Shown here: piece by piece, positions 1 through 8,600 of the stretch
Position numbering within the stretch: position 1 is the first letter of the stretch
Layout: every line of letters begins with the position of its first letter
Assembly (NCBI GenBank): GCA_025923175.1
Contig: JAICGL010000001.1
Location: 1-28,834, forward strand
Direction of reading: 5' to 3'
Source: Acidimicrobiia bacterium
GTDB taxonomy: Bacteria > Actinomycetota > Acidimicrobiia > IMCC26256 > BP-133
DNA: 28,834 bases
Program-made: the position numbers and the translations under genes
Notes under the pieces: model-generated
The model's database searches: none
Told to the model about the DNA's origin: nothing
The model's input: only the letters and a program-made list of their open reading frames with translations

Positions 1-97
1 AGCCGGAGCCCGAGCCGCCACAGGCGGCGCCGGCGGCGAGGCCGGCGGCCAGCAGGATGAGAACAGGGAGCCGGTGCGACCGGCGCCGATCGATCAT
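1..97 (-). CDS. N-terminus of a predicted lipoprotein (runs off the window edge)
   Basis: Manual translation from ATG at 97 gives MIDRRRSHRLPVLILLAAGLAAGAACGGSGSG: basic N-region, hydrophobic core, lipobox-like GAAC, Gly/Ser linker. AGGAG RBS at 112-108. Not in the ORF track because it is truncated. Confidence 0.75.
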   Translation of the reverse strand, partial: MIDRRRSHRLPVLILLAAGLAAGAACGGSGSG

Positions 98-159
98 GGG
101 GTGGTCACTCCTTCGCAGATGGGTGCGGAACGCTGACCCGGAGTGAACGCTGTCGCCCC

Positions 160-197
160 TAAAACCGCAGTAAAGCGGGGGCTTTATGGCGGCTTTA
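160..197. promoter_or_regulatory. Back-to-back OmpR-type direct-repeat sites in the divergent lipoprotein / response-regulator promoter
   Basis: TAAAAC(160-165)-N5-TAAAGC(171-176) GGGG GCTTTA(181-186)-N5-GCTTTA(192-197): two 11-bp-period hexamer pairs in mirror orientation. Confidence 0.6.
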
Positions 198-222
198 CAC
201 GGCGACGGGCACGATGTGCGCC

Positions 223-903
223 GTGCGCGTACTGGTTGTGGAAGACGAAGATGCCCTCGCCGATGCCATCGCCCGCGGTCTGCGCCGGGAGGGGATGGCG
301 GTCGACATTGCCGGCGACGGTGGCGTCGCCCTCGAAAAGGCCGCCACCAACGGTTACGACGTCGTGGTCCTCGACCGGGATCTGCCGGTCGTCCATGGTG
401 ACGACGTCTGCCGCATGCTGATCGCCTCGTCGCCGGCGCCGGGCGCGGCCGAGATCCCGCGGATCCTGATGCTGACCGCCTCCGGCGATCTCGACGCCCG
501 GGTCGAAGGGCTCACGCTCGGCGCCGACGACTATCTCGGCAAGCCGTTCGCCTTCACCGAGCTGGTGGCCCGCATCCGGGCGCTCGCCCGGCGGGGCGGG
601 TTGGCGGTGAAGCCCGTCCTCGAAGTGGGCGACGTCGTCCTCGACCCGGCCCGCCACTTCGTCACCCGGGCCGGGCGGCCGTTGCCCGTCACCCGCAAGG
701 AGCTCGCCGTGCTGGAGGTGCTCATCCGGGCGGGTGGGGCGGTGGTGAGCCCCGAGCAGCTCCTCGAGCGGGCGTGGGACGAGCACGCCGACCCGTTCAC
801 CAACACTATCCGGGTGACGGTGATGAACCTGCGGCGCAAGCTCGGCGACCCGCCCGTCATCGAAACCGTCGTCGGTTCCGGCTACAGGATCGTTACACCA
901 TGA
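223..903 (+). CDS. cutR: OmpR-family response regulator, CutR-like
   Basis: MRVLVVEDE...VVVLDRDLP (phospho-Asp)...GADDYLGKPFAF...AWDEHADPFTNTIRVTVMNLRRKLGDPPVIETVVGSGYRI closely follows Streptomyces CutR as I recall it. GTG 223 preferred over ATG 214 by homology. Confidence 0.88.
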   Translation: MRVLVVEDEDALADAIARGLRREGMAVDIAGDGGVALEKAATNGYDVVVLDRDLPVVHGDDVCRMLIASSPAPGAAEIPRILMLTASGDLDARVEGLTLGADDYLGKPFAFTELVARIRALARRGGLAVKPVLEVGDVVLDPARHFVTRAGRPLPVTRKELAVLEVLIRAGGAVVSPEQLLERAWDEHADPFTNTIRVTVMNLRRKLGDPPVIETVVGSGYRIVTP

Positions 904-2186
904 ACGCTGTACGGCCCACCGTCCGCCTGAAGCTCACGATGACCTACGGCGGGCTGTTCCTCCTCGCCGGCGCGCTGCTCCTCGCGGTGAACTACGCCCT
1001 GGTCCGCCGCAGCATCGGCCCAGCCCCCGACGTCGGGCTGACGTTCGTAACGTCCGCCCCGGCGGGCGTGCCCGGGCCCATCGGAGGCATCGGGCCAGGG
1101 ACCGGCGCCGTCAAGGTGATCATTGGCGAACAGGGCAGGGTCGTCGGCGCTATCACCAAGCCAACAGCCGGGATTCTCCCCGAGCCGGTCACGCCGGACG
1201 GCCGCAAGGTCTCCGACGTGCTGCAGGAGGTCACGAACTCGTATCGGTCCAAGACGCTGCATGAGCTGGTGGTGAAGTCTCTGCAGGCGCTCGGGCTCAT
1301 GTCTCTCCTGTCGGTCGGGTTCGGCTGGGCAATCTCCGGCCGGGTGCTCGCGCCGCTCCACCGCATGACCGCTACCGCCCGGAAGCTGTCCGAAGAGAAC
1401 CTCCACGAACGCATCGCCCTCGCCGGGCCCGACGACGAACTGAAGGAGCTGGCCGACACGTTCGACGCCATGCTGGCCCGTCTCGAGTCGGCCTTCGACA
1501 GCCAGAAACGCTTTGTGGCCAACGCTTCTCACGAGCTGCGGACACCGCTGTCGATCATCCGGACCGAGGTCGACGTGGCCCTCGCCAATCCCGACGCGAC
1601 AGCGGACGAGCTGCGCCGGATGGGCGAGGTCGTTCGCCGGGCCACCGAACGGTCCCAGGCGCTGATCGACGGGCTGCTCGTGCTGGCCCGCTCCGACCGG
1701 GGGCCGGGGACGCTGGTGCCCGTCGACCTGGCCATGCTGGCCGAGGAGTCATTGGCGCAGGCGTCCGGCGAGGCGGCTGCGGCCGGAGTAGAGCTGCGCA
1801 GCCGACTCGAGCCCGCTTCGACCGACGGCGACGATGCGCTGCTCGGCCGGCTGGCGGGGAACCTGGTGGAGAACGCCATACGGCACAACGAGCGAGGCGG
1901 TCACGTCGAAGTCGTCACCGGCCCGGCTTCCGACCCGGGTGAGGTGCGCCTGGCGGTGTCGAACAGTGGCACGGTCATTGACCCCGCCGACGTCGACGGT
2001 CTGTTCGAACCGTTCCGGCGTCTCGGCTCCGACAGGGTCGGCGGCCGCGGCGCGGGCCTCGGTCTGTCAATTGTGCGATCTGTCACAGTCGCGCACGGCG
2101 GCCGGATCGCTGCCCGCCCTCGCCCGAAGGGTGGGCTGATCGTGGAGATCTTCCTGCCCCGAGCGGGGTCCCGGCCCGCTTCGTGA
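900..2186 (+). CDS. cutS: HAMP-domain sensor histidine kinase, CutS-like
   Basis: ATGA overlap with the regulator stop. Two TM helices, HAMP, H-box FVANASHELRTPL, N-box NLVENAIRHN, G-box GAGLGLSIV. The N-terminus RPTVRLKLTMTYGGLFLLAG resembles CutS. The ORF-track start at 774 is a spurious extension. Confidence 0.88.
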   Translation: MNAVRPTVRLKLTMTYGGLFLLAGALLLAVNYALVRRSIGPAPDVGLTFVTSAPAGVPGPIGGIGPGTGAVKVIIGEQGRVVGAITKPTAGILPEPVTPDGRKVSDVLQEVTNSYRSKTLHELVVKSLQALGLMSLLSVGFGWAISGRVLAPLHRMTATARKLSEENLHERIALAGPDDELKELADTFDAMLARLESAFDSQKRFVANASHELRTPLSIIRTEVDVALANPDATADELRRMGEVVRRATERSQALIDGLLVLARSDRGPGTLVPVDLAMLAEESLAQASGEAAAAGVELRSRLEPASTDGDDALLGRLAGNLVENAIRHNERGGHVEVVTGPASDPGEVRLAVSNSGTVIDPADVDGLFEPFRRLGSDRVGGRGAGLGLSIVRSVTVAHGGRIAARPRPKGGLIVEIFLPRAGSRPAS

Positions 2187-2192
2187 CGTTCC

Positions 2193-2215
2193 GTCCGTTT
2201 TCGGACATTTCGTTT
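2193..2215 (+). terminator. Possible weak terminator after the TCS
   Basis: GTCCG-TTTT-CGGAC hairpin followed by ATTTCGTTT, 7 nt after the kinase stop. The stem is short. Confidence 0.3.
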
Positions 2216-2267
2216 CGGGGAAAGATTTCCAGCGACCGGAGTTGTGTTTTCAAGGGGGCGACAGATC

Positions 2268-3278
2268 ATGCGCACGATCCGCATGCCGTTGCTGGGGCTG
2301 GTGGCAGCAGCGCTCGTTCTCCTCCCGACGGGGGGAGCAGGAGCGTCGAATGACCCGTCCTTCAAGGACCAGTGGGGGCTGGCCAAGATCGGCGCCGAAA
2401 GCGCCTGGACCCGCACGACCGGGGCCGGGATCCGCATCGGCATCGTCGACACCGGCATCGACCTCGAACACGAGGACCTCGCCGGGAAGGTCGTGGAGTC
2501 GATCAACTGCGTCGGGTCGGGCGGTGACCAGGCCAAGTGCAACGGCAGCGCGCAGGACGACCAGGGTCACGGCACGCACGTGGGCGGGATCGCAGCTGCG
2601 TCGAAGGACAACGGGAAGGGCGTCGCCGGCGTGGCGCCGGACGCTCAGCTGGTCGTCGCCAAGGTCATGAACTCCCAGGGCGCCGGGGCCGGTGCCGACG
2701 TCACCGCTGGCATCAAGTGGGTCGTCGACCACGGCGCCAAGGTGGTCAACCTGTCGCTCGGTGACCCGGCTCAGCCCATCACCGCGCTCATCAGCGAGAA
2801 CGAGCTGAAGGAGGGTGTCGAGTACGCCTGGAGCAAGGGCGCCATCCCCGTCCTCGCGTCGGGCAACTCCGGGACAGGGCTCGGCATCGAAGGGGCCAAC
2901 TTCGGCGATATGAACGCCATCGTCGTCGGCGCCACCGGCCCTGACGACACCGCGGCCTCGTACTCCACCTCGACCGGCGAAGCCAAGTGGGCCGTGGCCG
3001 CCCCGGGCGGCGCCGCCGACCAGAGCAAGAAGGCCAACGACATCTTCTCGACGTTCTGGATCAAGGGTCAGAAGAACGCCTACGGCTACCAGGCCGGCAC
3101 GTCGATGGCCGCTCCGCACGTGGCCGGCGCCGTCGCCCTCCTGCTGGCGCAGGGCTACAGCCCGGCGGAGGCCGTGACGCGCCTTCTCGACACGTCCGAC
3201 AAGGGCGTGGGTTGCGAATCCACCAGCTCCACCTGCCGGGGCCGCATCAACGTCGACAAGGCCACCGCGAAGAAGTAG
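2268..3278 (+). CDS. Secreted subtilisin-like S8 serine peptidase
   Basis: Signal peptide. Catalytic triad motifs IGIVDTG (D), GHGTHVGG (H), GTSMAAPHV (S); oxyanion ASGN. RBS AAGGGGG before ATG 2268. No obvious I9 propeptide. Confidence 0.93.
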   Translation: MRTIRMPLLGLVAAALVLLPTGGAGASNDPSFKDQWGLAKIGAESAWTRTTGAGIRIGIVDTGIDLEHEDLAGKVVESINCVGSGGDQAKCNGSAQDDQGHGTHVGGIAAASKDNGKGVAGVAPDAQLVVAKVMNSQGAGAGADVTAGIKWVVDHGAKVVNLSLGDPAQPITALISENELKEGVEYAWSKGAIPVLASGNSGTGLGIEGANFGDMNAIVVGATGPDDTAASYSTSTGEAKWAVAAPGGAADQSKKANDIFSTFWIKGQKNAYGYQAGTSMAAPHVAGAVALLLAQGYSPAEAVTRLLDTSDKGVGCESTSSTCRGRINVDKATAKK

Positions 3279-3292
3279 TCGTTCGCTCGCTC

Positions 3293-3664
3293 TTAGCGAT
3301 CGGTATCGAACCCCGCCCGGCGACGCTTCGGGCGGGGTTCGCCAGTTTCCAGGTACTGAGACAGCGCCTGCAGGCGATCGTCCCATTGGGCGCCGACGTC
3401 GGCCATCCAGGTGACGGCATCGGTCAGCGGCTGCGGGGTGAACGAGAAGAGGGTCTCACGGCCCTGCCGGTCGGAAGTGACGAGCCCGGCCTCGGCGAGC
3501 GTGGCCAGATGCTTGGCCACCGCCTGCCGGGTCACGGGGAGGTCGCCGGCCAGCTCGGTGGCCGTGGCCGGGCCGCCCTCCGCCAGCCGGCGCATGACTT
3601 CCCGGCGGGTCGGATCGGCCAGAGCCTCGAACACGTTGGCGTTCTCGGAGTCGTCTCGGCCCAT
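3293..3664 (-). CDS. ArsR/SmtB-family transcriptional regulator (Cys-free, SRPBCC-associated type)
   Basis: VFEALADPTRREVMRRL...ELAGDLPVTRQAVAKHLATLAEAGLV...WDDRLQAL. ATG at 3664; the ORF-track start at 4012 is a spurious extension. Confidence 0.92.
   Translation of the reverse strand: MGRDDSENANVFEALADPTRREVMRRLAEGGPATATELAGDLPVTRQAVAKHLATLAEAGLVTSDRQGRETLFSFTPQPLTDAVTWMADVGAQWDDRLQALSQYLETGEPRPKRRRAGFDTDR
3307..3341. terminator. 13-bp perfect hairpin between convergent genes, overlapping the arsR 3' end
   Basis: CGAACCCCGCCCG(3307-3319)-9 nt loop-CGGGCGGGGTTCG(3329-3341), 28 nt after the subtilase stop. Confidence 0.65.
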
Positions 3665-3669
3665 CGCGA

Positions 3670-4059
3670 TCACGCCACCGCCAGCGCCGCTGGCGACGCC
3701 GACGGAACGGGGGCGCGTTCGACCACCGTGAGGTAGGTGCAGGCGGCGTTCTCGGGGACGGGTGCCAGGACGAACTCGATCCCACCGCCGGTACCGGCCG
3801 GTTCGTCGTCGGAGCCCCAGAGGAAGCCCATCCTCCGGGAGGCGGGGAGCCACCGGATCTCCAGGTGGCGCAGCGGTTCCAGGTCGACGATCACACCCCG
3901 GCGGAGGCGGCCGTCCTCGTTCATGACGATCTGACCGCCCGGAAAGGGCTCGAGGTCGACGTCGCCGCCCAGCCAGGCCGACAGCCGGCCTGCCTCGGTC
4001 AGCGCGGCCCACACCGTCTCCACCGGCGTGGGGAGCAGCACAGTCCGCCGAACTTCCAT
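3670..4059 (-). CDS. SRPBCC/AHSA1-like (START-fold) domain protein
   Basis: MEVRRTVLLPTPVETVWAALTEAGRLSAWLG...DLEPFPGG...VDLEPLRHLEIRW. GGAGG upstream of ATG 4059; 5 nt upstream of arsR. Confidence 0.85.
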   Translation of the reverse strand: MEVRRTVLLPTPVETVWAALTEAGRLSAWLGGDVDLEPFPGGQIVMNEDGRLRRGVIVDLEPLRHLEIRWLPASRRMGFLWGSDDEPAGTGGGIEFVLAPVPENAACTYLTVVERAPVPSASPAALAVA

Positions 4060-4071
4060 CCTCAGCCTCCC

Positions 4072-4128
4072 GATGTGCAACCGGATGGTTGCGCGTCCGC
4101 TACGATGATGTGCAACCCGCTGGTTGCA
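4072..4128. promoter_or_regulatory. Two ArsR-type palindromic operators GATGTGCAACC-N4-GGTTGC
   Basis: TGCAACC-ggat-GGTTGCG at 4076-4093 and TGCAACC-cgct-GGTTGCA at 4111-4128, both preceded by GATG, 35 bp apart, in the divergent SRPBCC/clpP gap. Confidence 0.75.
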
Positions 4129-4145
4129 TCATACAGGAGGACCCG

Positions 4146-4793
4146 ATGGCACCCGAGCCGATCACACCGACCACCCCCAGCACCCCGGCACCATTCATCC
4201 CGGGGTTCGCCTCGCCGCTGGGGTCGGCGGCGCATCTCACGGAGCGGCTGCTCGACGCCCGCATCGTCGTCGTCAGCGGGCAGATCGACGACGCCCTGGC
4301 CACGAGCGTCTGCTCCCAACTGCTCGTCCTCGAAAGTCTCGACCGGCGGAGGGACATCTCCCTCTACATCAACTCCCCGGGCGGGTCCGTCGACGCCGGC
4401 TTCGCCATCTACGACACGATGCAGTCGCTCGGCTGCGACGTGGTGACCGTGGCCATGGGCCTCGCCGCTTCGATGGGGCAATTCCTGCTGGTGGCCGGCA
4501 CTCCCGGCAAGCGCTTCGCGCTGCGCCACAGCCAGATCCTGATGCACCAACCACTCGGGCAGATGTCGGGGGTAGCGAGCGACATCCTCGTCCATGCCGA
4601 CCACGTCGCGTACCTCCGCCGGCTGATGGCCGAGCGGATCGCCTTCCACACCGGCCAGTCGCAGGAGCGGATCGTGGCCGACTTCGACCGGGACCGGTGG
4701 TTCACCGCCGTCGAAGCGCAGGAGTACGGGATGATCGACGCCGTGCTCGACAGTCAAGGGCAGCTTCGCTGCCTACCTCCTCGCCAGCTGTGA
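4146..4793 (+). CDS. clpP: ATP-dependent Clp protease proteolytic subunit
   Basis: LYINSPGGSV, GLAASMG (catalytic Ser), ILMHQP (His), DRDRWFTA (Asp). CAGGAGG RBS before ATG 4146. Confidence 0.95.
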   Translation: MAPEPITPTTPSTPAPFIPGFASPLGSAAHLTERLLDARIVVVSGQIDDALATSVCSQLLVLESLDRRRDISLYINSPGGSVDAGFAIYDTMQSLGCDVVTVAMGLAASMGQFLLVAGTPGKRFALRHSQILMHQPLGQMSGVASDILVHADHVAYLRRLMAERIAFHTGQSQERIVADFDRDRWFTAVEAQEYGMIDAVLDSQGQLRCLPPRQL

Positions 4794-4796
4794 TCT

Positions 4797-4823
4797 CGGG
4801 GGGACACCCCCCGAACCCCCCGG
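4797..4823. repeat. REP-like G6/C6 intergenic element
   Basis: CGGGGGG-ACA-CCCCCCG-AA-CCCCCCGG directly after the clpP stop. Resembles short G/C-run palindromic repeats common in actinobacterial intergenic regions. Single copy in this window. Confidence 0.5.
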
Positions 4824-4865
4824 CAGGAGTCTGACTGTCACAGCCTCCGACTAGCGTCGGCGGCC

Positions 4866-5696
4866 ATGGGGACCTTCACGTTTGACGGCCTGTCCATCCA
4901 CTATCTCGACGAGGGCGCCGGTGACCAGGCGGTCGTGTTCGTCCACGGCTTTCCGTTCCGGGCGTCGATGTGGGAGCCGCAGTTCCCGGTGGCCGTGGAA
5001 GCCGGCCGCCGAGTGGTGGCTCCCGACCTCCCAGGCTTCGGTCGCAGTGCGGTGCCGGCCGAGCGGTCGGCCTACTCGATTGACAACTACGCCGACCTCG
5101 TGGCGGCGCTGGTCGGCGATCTCGGCCTCGAGCGGGTAGTGCTCGTCGGGCTGTCGATGGGGGGCTACATCGCCCTGGCCGTCGCCCGCCGGCATCCCCA
5201 TGTGCTGGCGGGGCTCGTCCTGGCCGACACCCGGGCCGACCCCGACAGTCCCGAAGGCCGCCAGACCCGCAGCGACCACCAAGCGCTCGTCGAGGAGCGG
5301 GGCGACGTCACCCCGCTGGTCGACGGCCTGCTGACCAAGATCCTGGCCCCTGCTCCTTCTGGAGATGGCGGCCCCCGCCGCGCCGAAGTGGGGGCGACCC
5401 TGGGCGACATGATGCGCTCGACCGCCCCCGCCGGTTGGATCGGCGCCCTCGAAGCGATGAAGCAGCGCAGTGATCAAACCGACCTGCTTCCCTCGATTGC
5501 CGTACCCACCCTGGTCGTGGTGGGGGAGGGCGACGCGCTCGCACCGGTCGACGTCGCCGAGGCCATGGCCAAAGCGATCCCCGGCGCCCGCCTCGAGATC
5601 GTGCCCGGCGCCGGCCACGTCGCCAACCTGGAAAACCCCGAGGTCTTCAACCGGGCCTTTTCCGAGTTCCTGTCCACCCTCCCGACCGGGTCGTAG
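4866..5696 (+). CDS. Alpha/beta-fold hydrolase (3-oxoadipate enol-lactonase/PcaD-like)
   Basis: VVFVHGFP, APDLPGFG, nucleophile elbow GLSMGG, VVGEGD, AGHVANLENP. Confidence 0.9.
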   Translation: MGTFTFDGLSIHYLDEGAGDQAVVFVHGFPFRASMWEPQFPVAVEAGRRVVAPDLPGFGRSAVPAERSAYSIDNYADLVAALVGDLGLERVVLVGLSMGGYIALAVARRHPHVLAGLVLADTRADPDSPEGRQTRSDHQALVEERGDVTPLVDGLLTKILAPAPSGDGGPRRAEVGATLGDMMRSTAPAGWIGALEAMKQRSDQTDLLPSIAVPTLVVVGEGDALAPVDVAEAMAKAIPGARLEIVPGAGHVANLENPEVFNRAFSEFLSTLPTGS

Positions 5697-5698
5697 GC

Positions 5699-8600
5699 AT
5701 GGGATTTCCGGGGCCGGATGAGCTGGGTCGGGGGCTGGTGGTCCTGCCCGGGGCGGCGGTGGCGGCGCCGTATGCCGATGCGCCGCGGCTGACGATCGAC
5801 GAAGCGGTGCTCGGTGCGCCGCAGGTCATGGAGGCCATGGCCGCCGTGCTCCACGAGGCGTGGGCTGAGCGGCGCCGCGTCGTGATCGAGCTGGCCGTGC
5901 CGCCCGAGACGCTCCGTGCGCCAGAAGTGGAACGGCGCCCGCCCTACGAGCTCGACCCCGGCTTCACCTTCGAACGCGAGCGGCTGCAGTTCCTCGTCTG
6001 GGCCAACAACTACGACGCCCGCAAGCCCGGCGATCCGATCTGGTGGCATGGCGTGCGCGCCGCCCGCATCGGAGCGACCCTCGGCGATCCCGCCGACATC
6101 CTGCTCCCCGACGGCACCCCCGCCTGGTGCGACGGCGGCCCCCGCCGCCCTGTCCTCACCGACAGCGGCGCTGTTGTCGTGCATCGCGACTCGATCGATG
6201 CCGGGCTGCTCACGCCGGCTCGCTTTGCCGAGCCGACAACGGTGCTGGCGCCGGATCAGCTGGCGGCGGTGGCCCACCCGGGTGGGCCGGCCCGGATCAT
6301 CGCGCCGGCAGGGTCCGGCAAGACCCGGGTGTTGACCGAGCGGATCCGGCATCTGCTCGTCGACCGCGGGTACGAGCCGGGCGTCGTCACCGCCGTGGCC
6401 TACAACGTCATGGCCGCGGCCCAGCTACGGGAACGCACCGCCGGGTTCCAGCCGACCATCCGCACGCTCAACTCGTTGGGGCTCAACGTGTGCTCCCGCC
6501 GGGGCGACTGGCGCATCGCCGAAGAACCGTTCTGCCGCGACGTGTTGTCGGGCCTGGTGAAGACGGCCCGCAAGGTCGGCACCGATCCGCTGGCTCCGTA
6601 CCTCGATGCGCTCGCCACCATCCGGCTGGGGCTCGTCCCGCCCGAGAAGGCGGAGGACATGCATCCCGACGCCGCCGGCATCGCCGCGGCCTTCCCTGCC
6701 TACCGCGACGCACTCCATCGCGCCGGCCGTCTCGACTTCGACGAACAGATCTACCAGGCGATCGAGTTGCTCCTCAGCGACCCTGACCTCCGGGCCGAGG
6801 TGCGCGCCGAAGCCCGCACGCTGCTTGTCGACGAGTTCCAGGACCTGACGCCCGCCCACCTCCTGCTGATCCGCCTGATCGCCGGCCCGGCCGCCGACGT
6901 GTTCGGGGTCGGCGACGACGACCAGGTCATCTACGGCTACGCCGGCGCAGACCCCGGCTTCCTCATCGACTACCGCCGCTACTTCCCGGCCGCCGCGACC
7001 TACGACCTCCAGGTCAACTACCGCTGCCCGCCCGCCATCGTCGATGCCGCCCGCACCCTCCTCGGCCACAACCGCCGCCGAATCGCCAAGACGATCCGCC
7101 CCGCCGAACCCGCCGCCGCCCGCACGTCCTCCTCCTCCGGAAGCGCAACCGGTTGCGCGACGGTGACGTTGACGGCCGTCGACGCGGCAGCAGCGCAACC
7201 GGTTGCACCCCATGGTGCGCTCGTCTTCCGGGCGGTCACCGCCGACGACATGGGCCCTGCGGCCGTCGAGGCGGTGCGGCAATGGGCGGTGGAGGGTGTG
7301 ACGTACTCCGACATAGCTGTCCTCACCCGGGTGAACTCGTCACTTCTGCCTGTCCAACTCCTGCTCGACCAGGCGGGAATCCCGTACAGGGCCGCCGTTG
7401 GGCCATGGATCCTTGAGCGGGCGGGCACCGCCGCGGCCCTCGCTTACCTGCGGATCGCCGCCGATCCCACCCGGATCACCCGGGCGGATCTACGTGCCAC
7501 GGTGCGGCGCCCGTCCCGCAAGATCTCGCCGAAGGCCATCGACATGCTGGCCCGCGACGCCACGACGTCGCTGCGCTCCATCCGCGGCCTGGCCGCCTGG
7601 CTGGCTGATAAGGACGCCTTCGTGAAGGACGTCGATCGCGTGGACGCCTATGCCGCCGACCTCGAGGCGCTAGCCGAGGCATTGGCCAAGCCCGGCACCA
7701 CCACGGCCGACCTTCTCCGCTTCATTCGCGACACGATCGGCCTCGGCGAGGCGATGGACACGCTCGACGCCAGCAAGGGCGCCCTCGATCGCTCCAGCAA
7801 CGGTGACGACCTCGCCGCCCTCCTCCAGGTGGCACCTCTGCACCCGGAAGCTGCAACCTTCGAAACGTGGCTCCAGGAGCGGTTGGCCGGCGGCGTGGCC
7901 AGATCGTCCAATGGCGCAGGGCAGGACCCTTCTGGCGGCGACTCAGTGGAACCGGCGGTCCACCTCGCCACCGTCCACAGGGTTAAAGGCAGGGAATGGG
8001 CTCGTGTCATCGTCTTCGGAGCCGACGCCGGCCTGTTCCCGCACCGCCTCTCGGCTGACGTCGAGGAAGAACGCCGCATCTTCCACGTCGCCATCACACG
8101 AGCCAAAGACCAGGCCGTCGTCCTCGGCGACGAAGCCGGCCCGTCACCGTTCGTCGACGAGCTCACCCGCGAGGCGCCGCCCCGCCCTGCGCTCGACCCG
8201 TCCGACTCCAACCCCTTCCGCCGGCTGGAGATGCCAACTCCTCCGCCAACGGCGACCCGCGCCGGGCGCAACAAGAACAAAGCCAAGGCCACCAACGGCG
8301 AACCGGGCTTCGCTGCAGCGACCGGCGCCGAGATCACCCTGGCCGGCGGCCTGCGGGCCACCATCAAGGAGGTTCGCCGGGGCGAGGTCCTTGCCGAGAC
8401 GGCCACCGGATCGACAGTCGTCAGCTTCGGCGCTGCCATCCGCGCCGACGGCGAGAACGTGCGACTCGTTGCTCCGCCCGAGCGGGTGGACGCGGGCATC
8501 GCTGCGCTCAAGGCATGGCGCACGGCAATGGCGAAGGAAGAGGGCAAGCCGCCCTACGTGTATCTCTCCGACGCCCACATCACCGACATCGCCGAACGCG

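Noticed and set aside
7898-7936. Second palindromic insert in the helicase (GCCAGA..GTCC..GGAC..TCTGGC)
   Set aside because: Arms are short and interrupted; cannot be distinguished from chance.
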